Of a stretch of 64,000 nucleotides of DNA, positions 48,283-59,361 are shown piece after piece (positions within the stretch are counted from its first letter, which is position 1; each line of letters starts with the position of its first letter). The notes below the pieces were generated by a model. That model did no database searches and was not told the DNA's origin. It was given only the letters and a program-made list of their open reading frames with translations. The stretch comes from Pseudonocardiaceae bacterium. GTDB lineage: Bacteria > Actinomycetota > Actinomycetes > Mycobacteriales > Pseudonocardiaceae. The stretch is from the NCBI GenBank assembly GCA_036268955.1, contig DATATE010000089.1:1-64000 (forward strand), in the 5' to 3' direction. The translations under genes were made by a program, and so were the position numbers.

Positions 48283-49437
48283 CCGTGCCGTCCGGCGGGT
48301 GCTGCGGCCGTTCCAGCGGCTGGTGCCCGGTCGGCTGCGCCTGCGTGAACGGGCAGGCGCAGGACGATGTGTCCTACGACGGGGACCCGTTGCGTTCGGT
48401 GGCCATCCGCGCGGCGAGCGGCACACTGGTGATCAGTACCAGCCTGGACGACGTCGACCAGACGGTAGGCCGGCTGTGGTTGATCGTGCTGATCGGCTCG
48501 GCCGCCGCTGTGCTGCTCATCGGGTTGGGCGTGTTCTGGTCACTACGGCGCGGGTTGCGGCCCATCGAGACCATGGCCGCGCAGGCCGACAGGATCACCG
48601 CGGGCGACCTCACCGACCGAGTCACCCCACAGGACCACGCAGCGAGGTCGGCCGGCTCGGTTCGGCGCTGAACGGAATGCTGACACGCATCGAAACATCC
48701 GTACACGAACGAGAGACCGGCCAGGAACTGATGCGCCGGTTCTTCGCCGACGCCAGCCACGAACTGCGCACCCCTTGGCCTCGCTACGCGCCAACGCCGA
48801 GCTGTACCAGCAGGGCGCCCTGCCCGAGCCGGCACAGGTGGACGAGGTGATGCGGCGCATCGCCCTGGAAGCACGGCGGATGAGCGGACTGGTGGACGAC
48901 ATGCTCCGGCTCGCCCGCCTCGACCAACACCGCGACCCGATCGACCTGACCGCACTCCTCGCCGGCTGCGTCGAACGGATCCAGGTCGCCGCACCCGACC
49001 ACGTATGGCACACCGCGATCACCACCGGAGTGGTCACCGTCGGCGACGCGGAGTTGCTGCGCCGGGCGGTGGACAACCTGCTGGTCAATGTGCTCGCCCA
49101 CACCCCGGCCGGGGCCATGGCCACGGTGACGCTGCGCGCGCACCGTGACATGATCCAGATCGAGGTCAGCGACACCGGCCCCGGCGTGCCGGCCGAGAGG
49201 CTGCCGCGCATCTTCGACCGGTTCTACCGCGCCGACACCAGCACCACGCGCCCCGGTTCCGGCCTCGGCCTGTCCATCGTCACCCAGATCATCACCGTCC
49301 ACAACGGAACCGTGACGGCCGAGCCCAACCCACCACACGGCCTACGGGTCCGACTCACCCTGCCGGTGACCGACCCACGCGGACTCACACAGAACTCGCA
49401 CAATTCTCCAGCGGCGGTCCGATCGAGGTCGGACTGA
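48279..49437 (+). pseudogene. Cognate sensor histidine kinase split over three frames by two 1-nt deletions
   Basis: Frame A (48279..48671) carries the TM/HAMP part. Frame B carries EVGRLGSALNGML ... FADASHELRTP. Frame C (48775..49437) carries LASLRANAE ... through the HATPase_c domain. The junctions are near 48643 (gcg-agg, one g missing) and near 48773 (cc-ttgg). Confidence 0.7.
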
Positions 49438-49903
49438 CCGCGATCGCCCTGACCTCAGTGGATCGCGCTGCTCATCGGCCGGCTCGGCCTGCCCAACTCG
49501 CGCAATGCCAGGTCGACGAGAACGCAATGCCAGGTCGACGGGAACGGCGACGACCGCCTCGCTGACCTACCGGCACGCGGTACTCGGTCTGCGGCACGCG
49601 AAGTGAACGGACGACACGCCGAAGAGGTTGCCGCAACCCCCTCCGCGCGTCGTCCCTTCGCGTAAGGGGGACCCCCGAAATTTAATTCTACCGGTTGTTG
49701 ATCTAGGTTTTGCGGCTTTGCCAGGGAGCCGATTCGCGTGTCGTCCGTACGCGCAGCCGGGCCGACCTCATACGCAGCCGCGTCGTCCCTGTGCGCAGCC
49801 AGGCCGCCCGGTCCCCCGAACCAGCTCGCCCCGGATCGGCGCGCCTGGACCAAGTGCCCGGATCAGGGGCCAGGATCAGCGCGCCCAGCTCAGTGGGCCA
49901 CGC

Positions 49904-50719
<816 letters not shown>

Positions 50720-50770
50720 GGCGCGAGTCTAGGCGCGCGCCGTGACGGCAACCCGCACGGCCTGGACAGC

Positions 50771-52816
50771 TCAGCCGGTGACACTGTCCGCGCCATATTC
50801 CAGGTGCCCGACGAAGCGACGCAGGAAGGTCGCCTCCCCGTCCACCGTCGCCGACACGTCGTACCAACCCTGGCCGGTGGCAACGACATCGAGGTCCTCG
50901 GTCAACGTCGCACCGGCCGCAACGCGCACCGTACCGGCCGCGCCGAGCTGGCCCTGGCCACGCAACCGGACCGTGGCGGGTGCCGAACCGCCGTTGCTGA
51001 TCGACAGCCGCAGGCGCGGATGGCTGGTACTGCCCACCACCGTCGCGGCGACCTCGACGCCGAGCCCGGCGCCGGTGCCGTTGAACACCCGCAGGAACCG
51101 GTTGGGGCCGTGCACCGCGATCTGGTAGCCGCCGCTGATCGGCAGGGCCACCGCCTCGCTGCCGCCCGCCGGCACGTGCTGCCGTACCGGTGCCGAACCG
51201 GTCGGGTACACCTGCAACTGCACGGCGGCAGCACCGGAGTTGGCCATCAGCACTGTCAGCGTGCCGGCGCTGACCTGCGCGTTGGCCACCGGCTGGTACG
51301 GGATCGGCCGGGCGGGCCGGTCACCCGGCTCCTGCTGTGGGTCGCGCTGCGCGCCCTCGGCGGGTGGGGTCGGCGTCGGCAGCTTCGACTGCGTGCTGTC
51401 CGCCTCCCGCTGCAACGCGGCGGTGTCCGGCAGCAGCGGAATGCCGGGGTTCCACGCGGAGAAGTCGAAGCAGCTGGTCAGGTCGCCGCAGATGGACCGG
51501 CGCCAGGCCGAGATGTTCGGCTCCCGCACCCCGGTCCACTGTTCGAGGAAGCGGATCACCGAGGTGTGGTCGAAGACCTGCGAGTTCACCCAACCACCCC
51601 GGCTCCACGGCGAGATCACCGTCATCGGCACCCGAGGCCCGAGGCCGATCGGCAGGCCGTCGACGTACTCGTCCTCGGTGCCGGCCGGCGCGGTGGGCGG
51701 CACGACGTGGTCGAAGAAGCCGTCGTTCTCATCGAAGTTGGCGAACACGACCGTGTTGTCCCACAGCTTCTCGTTGCCCCACAAGGCTTTCAGTACGGTG
51801 TTCACGTACACCGCGCCGTCGACCGGCCGCGCCGCCGGGTGCTCGCACCAGCGGTAGGGCGCCACGATCCAGGACACCTTCGGCAGGTTCCCGGCCTTGC
51901 AGGCGCCGATGAAGTCGGCGAGCACATGCTCGGGGTCCATGCCGAGGCCGGAGTCGGGCAGCCATTCCTTGATCACGTTGGCCCGCGCGGCCAGCTGCTG
52001 CTGCGCAGGGTCCGAGCTGGCCAGCGCGTCGTGGTAGGCCTTGAACAGCCACAGCGGGTTGTCGCCGTAGTCACCGACCCAACCGTCGGTGCCGTCGCCG
52101 ACCTCCTTGTTGGCGAAGATCTGCCAGGAGATCCCGGCATCCTGCAGCCGCTCGGGGTAGGTCGGCCAGGACAGCACGGGCAGGTAGTCCGCGGGGTTGT
52201 AGTTGATCGGGCCGCCGAAGCGGCCGGCCGCGTCGATCGTGCCGGTCCAGTGGTAGAGCCGGTTGGGCGTCGTCGGTCCCTGGATCGAACAGAAGTAGTG
52301 GTCGCAGATGGTGAACGCGCTCGACAGCGCCCGCTGGAACGGGATGTCGGCATCGGTGAAGTAGCCCATGGTCAGCTCGGACTTGTTCGGAATCCAGGCG
52401 TCGTAGGCGCCGTCGTCCCAGGCGTTGTGCGTCGGCTGCCAGCTGTGGTCGAGGTCACCGAGATCCTGACCGTCCACTTTGGTGGTGTCGACGTGGAAGG
52501 GCAGCAGGTAGCCGCCGTCGGTCCGCGTGGCGTCCGGCTGGTGGAAGACGCTTCTGCCGGTCGGCAGGTTGATCGCGGTCGTGTCACCGAAGCCGCGAAC
52601 CCCGCGCATCGAGCCGAAGTAGTGGTCGAAGGAGCGGTTCTCCTGCATCAGGATGACCACGTGCTCGACGTCATCCAGCTTGCCCCGCTTGCGCGGCTGG
52701 GTGAGGGCCTCGGCCATCCCGCTCGGCAACCCACTGAGCACACTGCCCGCCGCGGCCGCACCGGCGACACCACCGATGAACCGACGACGATTGAAACCCG
52801 AACCCGACTCGACCAT
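50771..52816 (-). CDS. Tat-exported phosphoesterase-family phospholipase C (non-haemolytic PLC/acid phosphatase family) with C-terminal DUF756-like repeats
   Basis: Twin-arginine signal MVESGSGFNRRRFIGGVAGAAAAGSVLSG. The phosphoesterase core VVILMQENRSFDHYFG. About 680 aa, with two C-terminal beta domains. Confidence 0.8.
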   Translation of the reverse strand: MVESGSGFNRRRFIGGVAGAAAAGSVLSGLPSGMAEALTQPRKRGKLDDVEHVVILMQENRSFDHYFGSMRGVRGFGDTTAINLPTGRSVFHQPDATRTDGGYLLPFHVDTTKVDGQDLGDLDHSWQPTHNAWDDGAYDAWIPNKSELTMGYFTDADIPFQRALSSAFTICDHYFCSIQGPTTPNRLYHWTGTIDAAGRFGGPINYNPADYLPVLSWPTYPERLQDAGISWQIFANKEVGDGTDGWVGDYGDNPLWLFKAYHDALASSDPAQQQLAARANVIKEWLPDSGLGMDPEHVLADFIGACKAGNLPKVSWIVAPYRWCEHPAARPVDGAVYVNTVLKALWGNEKLWDNTVVFANFDENDGFFDHVVPPTAPAGTEDEYVDGLPIGLGPRVPMTVISPWSRGGWVNSQVFDHTSVIRFLEQWTGVREPNISAWRRSICGDLTSCFDFSAWNPGIPLLPDTAALQREADSTQSKLPTPTPPAEGAQRDPQQEPGDRPARPIPYQPVANAQVSAGTLTVLMANSGAAAVQLQVYPTGSAPVRQHVPAGGSEAVALPISGGYQIAVHGPNRFLRVFNGTGAGLGVEVAATVVGSTSHPRLRLSISNGGSAPATVRLRGQGQLGAAGTVRVAAGATLTEDLDVVATGQGWYDVSATVDGEATFLRRFVGHLEYGADSVTG

Positions 52817-52958
52817 GTTGACTGGCCCCTTCCGCTGGACAACGCCGAGTGGAGCCAAACAGCAGAAGGCGAATGCCGCCACGCTTGACTGTTAACGTGA
52901 GGTAGCCATTACCAAGCGCGGATATGGCGTGAAGTTTCCCTGGTCTCCCCGCCCGCCC

Positions 52959-54074
52959 TCAGCCGCGCAGAAAGGCCTCGAACAACCGGGCATACCGGGT
53001 GATCTGCTCGGCGGGGACGTTCTCCTGCCTGGTGTGGGCAAGAGTCGGGTCGCCGGGACCGAAGTTCACCGCGGGCAGTCCGAGTGCGGCGAACCGGGAC
53101 ACATCCGTCCAACCGAGCTTCGCGACGGGCTTGGCACCGGTCGAGGCGATCAGCTGTTTGGCCAGCGGCGCGGAAAGTCCGGGCAGCGCGGCCGGCGCAC
53201 AGTCGCGCAGGGTCACCTCGAACCCGGCGAACACCTCACGCAGATGCGCCTGCGCCTGTTCGGGACTCCGGTCGGGCGCGAACCGGTGGTTGACGGCGAG
53301 CAGGCACTCGTCCGGCACCACGTTGCCGGCCACCCCGCCGCCGATCCGCACCGCCTGTAGGCCTTCCCGGTACGTGCAGCCGTCGATGTCCACACTGCGC
53401 GGTTGATACTCCTCCAGCCTGCGCAGCACCTCGCCCATCGCGTGGATCGCGTTGCGGCCCATCCAGGCACGTGCGGTGTGCGCCCGCTGCCCCTCGGTCC
53501 GTACCTCGACCCGCATGGTGCCCTGGCAACCCGCCTCGATGCCCACATTGGACGGTTCGCCGACGATGGCGAGGTCGCCGACCAGCCAGTCCGGCAGCTC
53601 CCGTTCGATCCGGCCGAGGCCGTTGCGGGCGGCCTCGATCTCCTCGCAGTCGTAGAAGACGAAGGTCAGGTCGTAGGCGGGCGTCGGCAGCGTCGCGGCA
53701 AGGTGCAGGGCGACCGCGTCGCCGCTCTTCATGTCCACCGTGCCGCAGCCGTGCAGCACGAGGTCCGCGCCGGAACCGGTCCTGCGGTGCGGCAGGTTGT
53801 CGTTGATCGGCACGGTGTCGAGGTGACCGGCGAAGATCACCCGCGCCGCCCGGCCGAGCCGGGTGCGGGCCAGCACCGTATTGCCGGACCGGGCCAGTTC
53901 CAACTGCGGCGCCTGCCGGCCGAGCGCCTCGGCCACCGCGTCGGCGAGGCCCTGCTCGTCACCGGACACGCTCGGGAAGTCCACCAGCGCGGCGGTGAGT
54001 TCGATCGGGTCGATGGTCAGATCCAGAAAACCGGTCACGATCGCCCACCGTACCGGGATCGCGACCGCCGACAT
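52959..54074 (-). CDS. dapE: Succinyl-diaminopimelate desuccinylase (M20 family)
   Basis: M20 metal-ligand motifs ([25 protein letters not shown]) and actinobacterial DapE length. Divergent from dapD, as in mycobacteria. Confidence 0.8.
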   Translation of the reverse strand: MSAVAIPVRWAIVTGFLDLTIDPIELTAALVDFPSVSGDEQGLADAVAEALGRQAPQLELARSGNTVLARTRLGRAARVIFAGHLDTVPINDNLPHRRTGSGADLVLHGCGTVDMKSGDAVALHLAATLPTPAYDLTFVFYDCEEIEAARNGLGRIERELPDWLVGDLAIVGEPSNVGIEAGCQGTMRVEVRTEGQRAHTARAWMGRNAIHAMGEVLRRLEEYQPRSVDIDGCTYREGLQAVRIGGGVAGNVVPDECLLAVNHRFAPDRSPEQAQAHLREVFAGFEVTLRDCAPAALPGLSAPLAKQLIASTGAKPVAKLGWTDVSRFAALGLPAVNFGPGDPTLAHTRQENVPAEQITRYARLFEAFLRG

Positions 54075-54291
54075 CGGGGCCGGTCAGCGCGGTAGCGCTG
54101 GTGGATGGCGTGCCAACCCGGAATGCCGACCAGTTCGTGGGTCCGCTCCCTTCTGTCGCGTTACCAGCTCATATAATCATGTGCGAATATAATCGCCAAG
54201 GCATGCGATGCTCCGGTGGCCGATTTCAGGGCCTGACCAGGGGCGGACTACCGTCAAGGGGCACCCCGTAGCGCTGAAGAAAGGTCGCCCC

Positions 54292-54741
54292 ATGCGCCGA
54301 ACCGTCAGCCGCGTGGTGATCGTCGGCGCCGCACTCACTGCGGTGCTGTCGCTTGCCGGTTGCGCGGACACCCAGCCAGGAGACGTGAACAACGGCCCCG
54401 GCTACACCGACTCCGTCAGCGACCTACTGGTCAAGATTCCCGCGCTACAGGGCGACCCCTGCCGCAGCACCCAGGCCAGCCAGATCTACCAGAACTGCGG
54501 TCGCTATGTGACCGAGGTCGCCAACGTCGTCGACGCGGTACGCGCCGAACTGCCCAGCCAGCCCAACCTGACGACCAACCTGCAGAACGCGGTGAACACC
54601 TACCAGCAGCTGCGCTGCGAGTCGGTCAACGGCAACGGCACCGCCAACCAGCAGAAGACCTGCCCACAGGCGCTCAAGACGATCGGCGCGGAACTCGACG
54701 GGGTCGACAAGACGCTGGACAAGCTCCCCGCAGGCTCCTGA
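54292..54741 (+). CDS. Lipoprotein (hypothetical)
   Basis: Signal peptide with lipobox LSLAGC. A GAAGAAAGG RBS. The mature protein has 4 Cys and no recognised domain. Confidence 0.55.
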   Translation: MRRTVSRVVIVGAALTAVLSLAGCADTQPGDVNNGPGYTDSVSDLLVKIPALQGDPCRSTQASQIYQNCGRYVTEVANVVDAVRAELPSQPNLTTNLQNAVNTYQQLRCESVNGNGTANQQKTCPQALKTIGAELDGVDKTLDKLPAGS

Positions 54742-54810
54742 CCGACCGACAAGATGGACCGATAAGTCCGGATTGGTCGCCGGTCGGGCGCTGGGCTACC
54801 GTGTCCTCTC

Positions 54811-55806
54811 GTGACTCAGGACAGCGGCCTCACGAGCAACGACCCGGCGACCACCTCGGCCCACGGCGTCGGCCTGGCCACCATCGCCGGCGACGTGGTG
54901 CTGGACACCTGGTTCCCCGCGCCCAAGCTCGGCTCGACCGGCGCGAGCACCGGCACCGAGCGGCTGACGCGGGTCGAGGCAGTCGACGCACTCGGTTCGG
55001 TCGCGGCCGACCTGCTCGGCGAGGACCTCGCCCGTGGCGTCGAGGTCGTCGCGGTGCGCACCAGCATCGGCGCGCTGAGCGTGGCGCCGGTCGACGCACA
55101 TGACGTCTACCTGCGCCTGCACCTGCTCTCCAGCCGACTGATCCGGCCGCACGGCGCGAACCTCGACGGCCAGTTCGGCCTACTGTCCAATGTGGTGTGG
55201 ACCAACCACGGTCCCTGCCCGGTGGAGAACTTCGAGTCGACCCGGCTGCGGCTGCGCGCACGGGGACCGGTCACGGTGTACGGCATCGACAAGTTTCCCA
55301 GGATGGTCGACTACGTGGTGCCCACCGGGGTGCGGATCGCCGACGCGGACCGCGTCCGGCTCGGCGCGCACCTGGCCAGCGGCACGACCGTCATGCACGA
55401 GGGCTTCGTGAACTTCAACGCCGGCACCCTGGGCACCTCCATGGTCGAGGGCCGGATCACCGCGGGCGTCGTGGTCGGCGACGGCTCGGACATCGGCGGC
55501 GGCTCCTCGATCATGGGCACCCTCTCCGGTGGCGGCAAGCAGGTCATCACCATCGGCGAACGCTGCCTGCTCGGCGCGAACGCGGGCATCGGCATCTCAC
55601 TCGGCGACGACTGCGTCATCGAGGCGGGCCTCTACATCACCGAAGGCACCAAGGTCACCCTCCCCGACGGCCGGATCGTCAAGGCGCGTGACCTTTCCGG
55701 TTCAGCGGGCCTGCTGTTCATCCGCAACTCGGTCAGCGGCACCATCGAGGTCCGCGAGCGCAACGGCATCGGCATCGAACTCAACAGCGTCCTGCACAGC
55801 AACTGA
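54811..55806 (+). CDS. dapD: 2,3,4,5-tetrahydropyridine-2,6-dicarboxylate N-succinyltransferase
   Basis: Actinobacterial long-form DapD with C-terminal hexapeptide repeats ([24 protein letters not shown]). Confidence 0.85.
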   Translation: MTQDSGLTSNDPATTSAHGVGLATIAGDVVLDTWFPAPKLGSTGASTGTERLTRVEAVDALGSVAADLLGEDLARGVEVVAVRTSIGALSVAPVDAHDVYLRLHLLSSRLIRPHGANLDGQFGLLSNVVWTNHGPCPVENFESTRLRLRARGPVTVYGIDKFPRMVDYVVPTGVRIADADRVRLGAHLASGTTVMHEGFVNFNAGTLGTSMVEGRITAGVVVGDGSDIGGGSSIMGTLSGGGKQVITIGERCLLGANAGIGISLGDDCVIEAGLYITEGTKVTLPDGRIVKARDLSGSAGLLFIRNSVSGTIEVRERNGIGIELNSVLHSN

Positions 55807-55903
55807 CCTTTCCGGACACTCACGGCGGCGCTTCCGCGATCCTCGCCGAGAGCTGCGGATATTCGGCTGCGAACTGTCGGTGATCACCGCTAGCTTGCGC
55901 CAT

Positions 55904-56617
55904 ATGAACCAACCGATATCCGCCAATCAGCTCAAGAATCTCACCGGGCGCCTGCGTGCCGGCACCGAAACGCCCGCCGACCTGCACGCCCTCGCCGACC
56001 TTCGCATGTTCTACAAGGAAGTCCTGGACCGCGCCCATGAAGAGGTGGTCGGTCTGTGCACCGGCCACCCATACGTGCAGCCCATGGCGCCGCGCGTCAA
56101 AACCATGAAGACAACGCTGGAAAAGCTGCTCCGCCAACCTCATCTCCTGTCAATCGCCCAGATCCGGGACTACGCGGGTCTGCGAGTTGTCGTGCATGGG
56201 ACCAGGACGGAGCAGAACGGGATCGCTACCAAGATCGCGGCCTTGTTCCGGAACAAGGACCGGCCACCCAAGTGGATCGATAGAAGAGTCGAACCGAGAT
56301 CTGGCTATCGCGCGGTGCACCTGGAGGTCCGCCGAGAAGGCATCCTCATCGAGGTGCAGATCCGCACTGCGTTGCAGCATCGCTGGGCCGAACTGTTCGA
56401 GCGTGCGGCCGACAAACTCGGTCGCGGCCTCCGTTACGGCGAGCCGGTTCCAGACCTCTCCATCAGTGGCGGGGAGCTGGTCGATCGCCTCAACCTGCTG
56501 TCCGAGGAGATCGACAACACCGAACGACTGCCGCATCTGCCGGAGTCATCGACGGCTCAGCGAACCATCGCGCGGTCACTTGACTCCCTGCTGAACTACA
56601 TCGAGGAGCTAAAATGA
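55904..56617 (+). CDS. RelA/SpoT-domain small alarmone synthetase-like protein (candidate toxSAS toxin)
   Basis: 237-aa single-domain protein, basic. Synthetase-domain signatures: RVKTMKTTLEKLLRQ, IRDYAGLRVVV (catalytic Asp), RSGYRAVHLEV and IEVQIRTALQHRWAELFE (the EIQIRT..H.WAE motif). No hydrolase or regulatory domains. Confidence 0.7.
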   Translation: MNQPISANQLKNLTGRLRAGTETPADLHALADLRMFYKEVLDRAHEEVVGLCTGHPYVQPMAPRVKTMKTTLEKLLRQPHLLSIAQIRDYAGLRVVVHGTRTEQNGIATKIAALFRNKDRPPKWIDRRVEPRSGYRAVHLEVRREGILIEVQIRTALQHRWAELFERAADKLGRGLRYGEPVPDLSISGGELVDRLNLLSEEIDNTERLPHLPESSTAQRTIARSLDSLLNYIEELK

Positions 56618-56871
56618 CCAACGTGATCCACGTGGTGCTCGTCTACCAGCGGGAAGAGGGTCGTCTCCTCCTGCAGGAGACCTATGCCGACTCGCCCGAT
56701 GCCATGCGCCGCCAGTTCGCGCTGGAACAGGTGCCAGAGTACGCGGACATGGAGATCGTGGTGCTGTCCGCGGACTCCATCGAGACCCTGCACGAGACGC
56801 ACGGCCGCTACTTCTACACCCTGGCCGAGCTGGCCCAGCAGCTCAAAGACGCGGTCGAAGCAGCGGCCTGA
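56614..56871 (+). CDS. 85-aa acidic protein translationally coupled to the SAS gene (candidate antitoxin or partner)
   Basis: An ATGA start/stop overlap with the SAS gene, with a GAGGAG Shine-Dalgarno 5 nt upstream inside the SAS 3' end. Sequence: MTNVIHVVLVYQREEGRLLLQETYADSPDAMRRQFALEQVPEYADMEIVVLSADSIETLHETHGRYFYTLAELAQQLKDAVEAAA. No known domain recognised. Confidence 0.5.
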   Translation: MTNVIHVVLVYQREEGRLLLQETYADSPDAMRRQFALEQVPEYADMEIVVLSADSIETLHETHGRYFYTLAELAQQLKDAVEAAA

Positions 56872-56921
56872 GGCACCCCAGGCGCTGCCGGCTCACCCGA
56901 CGCCACCACGCGGCCGGCCGC

Positions 56922-58355
56922 TCACTTCTCGGTCGGCGGCGTGGTGCGCAGCGCGCCCAGCCAGGGACGCAGCAGCGCATACAGCCCAGCCGCCAGCACG
57001 AAGCCGACCGCGAAGGTGATGTCACCGATGCCCGGCACGGCCTTGACGACGAAGCCGACGTACTCGGTCTGGTTGGAGAACAGCACGACCGAAACCCCGA
57101 TGCCGACCAGCATCGCGATCGGCCCGGCCCAGTTCTGGTACCACTTCGCGTACAACAGGCCATCGACCCGCTGCCCGCGACGCAGGAACTGGTCGGTGAA
57201 GAACACACCGAGCCACGGCCCGATCCAGTAGGCGATGATCAACAGGAAGTTCTCGTACTTCCCGGCCGCGTCGGACAGTCCCGACCAGGCAAGGAAAAAC
57301 CCGATCGCGCCGAACAGCAGCGCGACCAGCGCCCTGCGGAAGGCCAACGGCAGCCGGAACCCCATGGTCAGGAAGGACATCGCGCCCGAGTAGATGTTCA
57401 GCACGTTCGCCGAGACCGCGCCGAGCGCGATGGCCAGCAGGGTCAGGTCTCCGAGTACGTGCGGCAGCTGCCCGGTGAACGCCCCGGTCGGATTGTCCGA
57501 GGAGGTACCGCCCGAGGTGAACGAGGCCGCACCGACGACCTCCAGCAGCACGCAGGAGATGAACACCCCGGCCGCCGCCCAGCCACCCACCGCGCGCCTG
57601 CTGACCTCCGCCGGCAGATAGCGGGTGTAGTCGGAGGCATAGGGATTCCAGCCTGCCGCGTAGCCGAAGGACGCGCCCGCGGTGAGCAGGAAGCCACCTG
57701 GCACCGGTGTGGTGTGCGCACCGGGCTGGGCCTTGATCAGCAGCAGCACCGACGCGATCGCGAAGATCACCCCGAGGAAGATGAACGCGTACCGCTCGAA
57801 GGCCTGCACCAGGTTGTGCCCGAAGAACGCGACCGCGATCTGCACCACCACGATGATGGCAAGGCCGAGCAGTTTCGGCATTCCGGTCAACGCGCTGAGC
57901 GCGAAGGCGCCGCTGACGCTGTTCACCGCGAACCAGCCGATCCCCGCGGTGACCGACATCAGCCCGGCCGGCAGCACGTTGCCCCAGAAACCGAAGGCGG
58001 CCCTGCTGAGCACCATCTGCGGCACCCCGTAGCTCGGGCCGCGCGCAGACAGCACGCCGTGCGCCGTCGCACCGAGCGCGTTGCCGATGACGATCGCGAG
58101 CACGGCCTGCCAGAAACTCAGCCCGAAGATGGACACCGCGATCACACCGACCAGAACCGTGGCGAACTCCAGGTTCGGGGAGGCCCAGGTCCACAGCAGC
58201 TGCAACGGTCGGCCGTGTCGCTCGGTCCGCGAGATGTACTCGACACCGCCTGGTTCGACCGCGACGACCCGTTCGCCGTACTCGCCCGGCCGCACCGGTT
58301 CGGCGGCCACCGCGCCGGTCGCGCCGCCCGAGGGCTCGGAGGTGTGCTCAGCCAA
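56922..58355 (-). CDS. NCS1-family nucleobase:cation symporter (cytosine/purine permease, CodB-like)
   Basis: 12-TM protein with NCS1 N-terminal signature (WQAVLAIVIGNALGA ... GVPQMVLSRAAFGFWGN). 8-nt overlap with the upstream oxygenase gene. Confidence 0.75.
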   Translation of the reverse strand: MAEHTSEPSGGATGAVAAEPVRPGEYGERVVAVEPGGVEYISRTERHGRPLQLLWTWASPNLEFATVLVGVIAVSIFGLSFWQAVLAIVIGNALGATAHGVLSARGPSYGVPQMVLSRAAFGFWGNVLPAGLMSVTAGIGWFAVNSVSGAFALSALTGMPKLLGLAIIVVVQIAVAFFGHNLVQAFERYAFIFLGVIFAIASVLLLIKAQPGAHTTPVPGGFLLTAGASFGYAAGWNPYASDYTRYLPAEVSRRAVGGWAAAGVFISCVLLEVVGAASFTSGGTSSDNPTGAFTGQLPHVLGDLTLLAIALGAVSANVLNIYSGAMSFLTMGFRLPLAFRRALVALLFGAIGFFLAWSGLSDAAGKYENFLLIIAYWIGPWLGVFFTDQFLRRGQRVDGLLYAKWYQNWAGPIAMLVGIGVSVVLFSNQTEYVGFVVKAVPGIGDITFAVGFVLAAGLYALLRPWLGALRTTPPTEK

Positions 58356-59310
58356 CGGAAATCGCCGCCAATTTCGCTCGTAGGTAATCGCCCCAGACGA
58401 CCGGCGGATAGCTCCTCGTCCCGATCGGCGGTGGAAAGGACTCGATGACGGCGTCGTGATCGGCCTCGTAGAAGAAAACCAGGGACAGCAGTTCCTCCTC
58501 CGGCGCGTCGACCGGCGGCGGCAACACCCGGTGTCTCGTGGAGCGCCAGCGGTCGCCGGTCCACCGCGCCATCAGGTCACCGAGGTTGACCGTGAAGGCC
58601 GCCGGATCGAACGGCGCGTCCACCCATTCGCCCTCCAGCGTGTAGATCTGCAGGCCGCCGAGCCCGGATTCCCGGTCCAGCACGGTAACCGTGCCGAAAT
58701 CGGTGTGCGGGCCGATCCGGAACTGGCCGGGTTCCGGCGGTGCGAGCCTGCGCAGCGCCGGATACCAGTTGAGGTTGAAGCCGTAGGTCGGATGCCGCAG
58801 ATAGGCCGCGAAATGATCGTCGGGCAAACCCAGCGCGACCGCGCAGATGGCGAGCAACTCGTCGGACAGGGCGTGCATCTGCCGCAGGTATTCGCCGACC
58901 ACCGCGCGCATTCTCGGGATCTCGGTCGGCCAGACGTTCGGCGGGAACCACTCCCTGTCGATGTCGGCGTCACCGGTCGGGGCGTCCGCGGCCAGCGAGT
59001 AGGACTCCTTGAGGTCCGGCGGGGTCGGGGTGCCCTCGGCATAGCCGTTGGCCTCGGCGCCGGGCGGAATCCAGCCCCGACCACCGACCTCGACGGCGTA
59101 GCGTGCCTTGACCTCTTCGGGCAGCGCGAAGAACTGCTTGGCCAGTTCGCGGACCTCGGCACGCAGTTCGTCGGCGACCCCGTGCCCGGTGACCAGCAGG
59201 AAGCCCGCGGTGCGCAGCGCCTCGTCGACCCGCGCGGCAACCTCAGCCCGGCCCGCGCCGCCGGCGAAGGCGGGCGCGAGGTCGATGATCGGCACCGGAC
59301 TTGCCATGGC
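58348..59310 (-). CDS. 2-oxoglutarate/Fe(II)-dependent oxygenase (isopenicillin N synthase-like family)
   Basis: N-terminal DIOX_N (VPIIDLAPAF ... GFLLVTGHGV). The HxD...H facial triad context (GPHTDFGTVTVL ... RHRV). Confidence 0.75.
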   Translation of the reverse strand, partial: AMASPVPIIDLAPAFAGGAGRAEVAARVDEALRTAGFLLVTGHGVADELRAEVRELAKQFFALPEEVKARYAVEVGGRGWIPPGAEANGYAEGTPTPPDLKESYSLAADAPTGDADIDREWFPPNVWPTEIPRMRAVVGEYLRQMHALSDELLAICAVALGLPDDHFAAYLRHPTYGFNLNWYPALRRLAPPEPGQFRIGPHTDFGTVTVLDRESGLGGLQIYTLEGEWVDAPFDPAAFTVNLGDLMARWTGDRWRSTRHRVLPPPVDAPEEELLSLVFFYEADHDAVIESFPPPIGTRSYPPVVWGDYLRAKLAAISVG

Positions 59311-59361
59311 CTCTCCTCGGTTCGGTCGACACGGATCTGTTCGGTTGACACCGATCACAGG

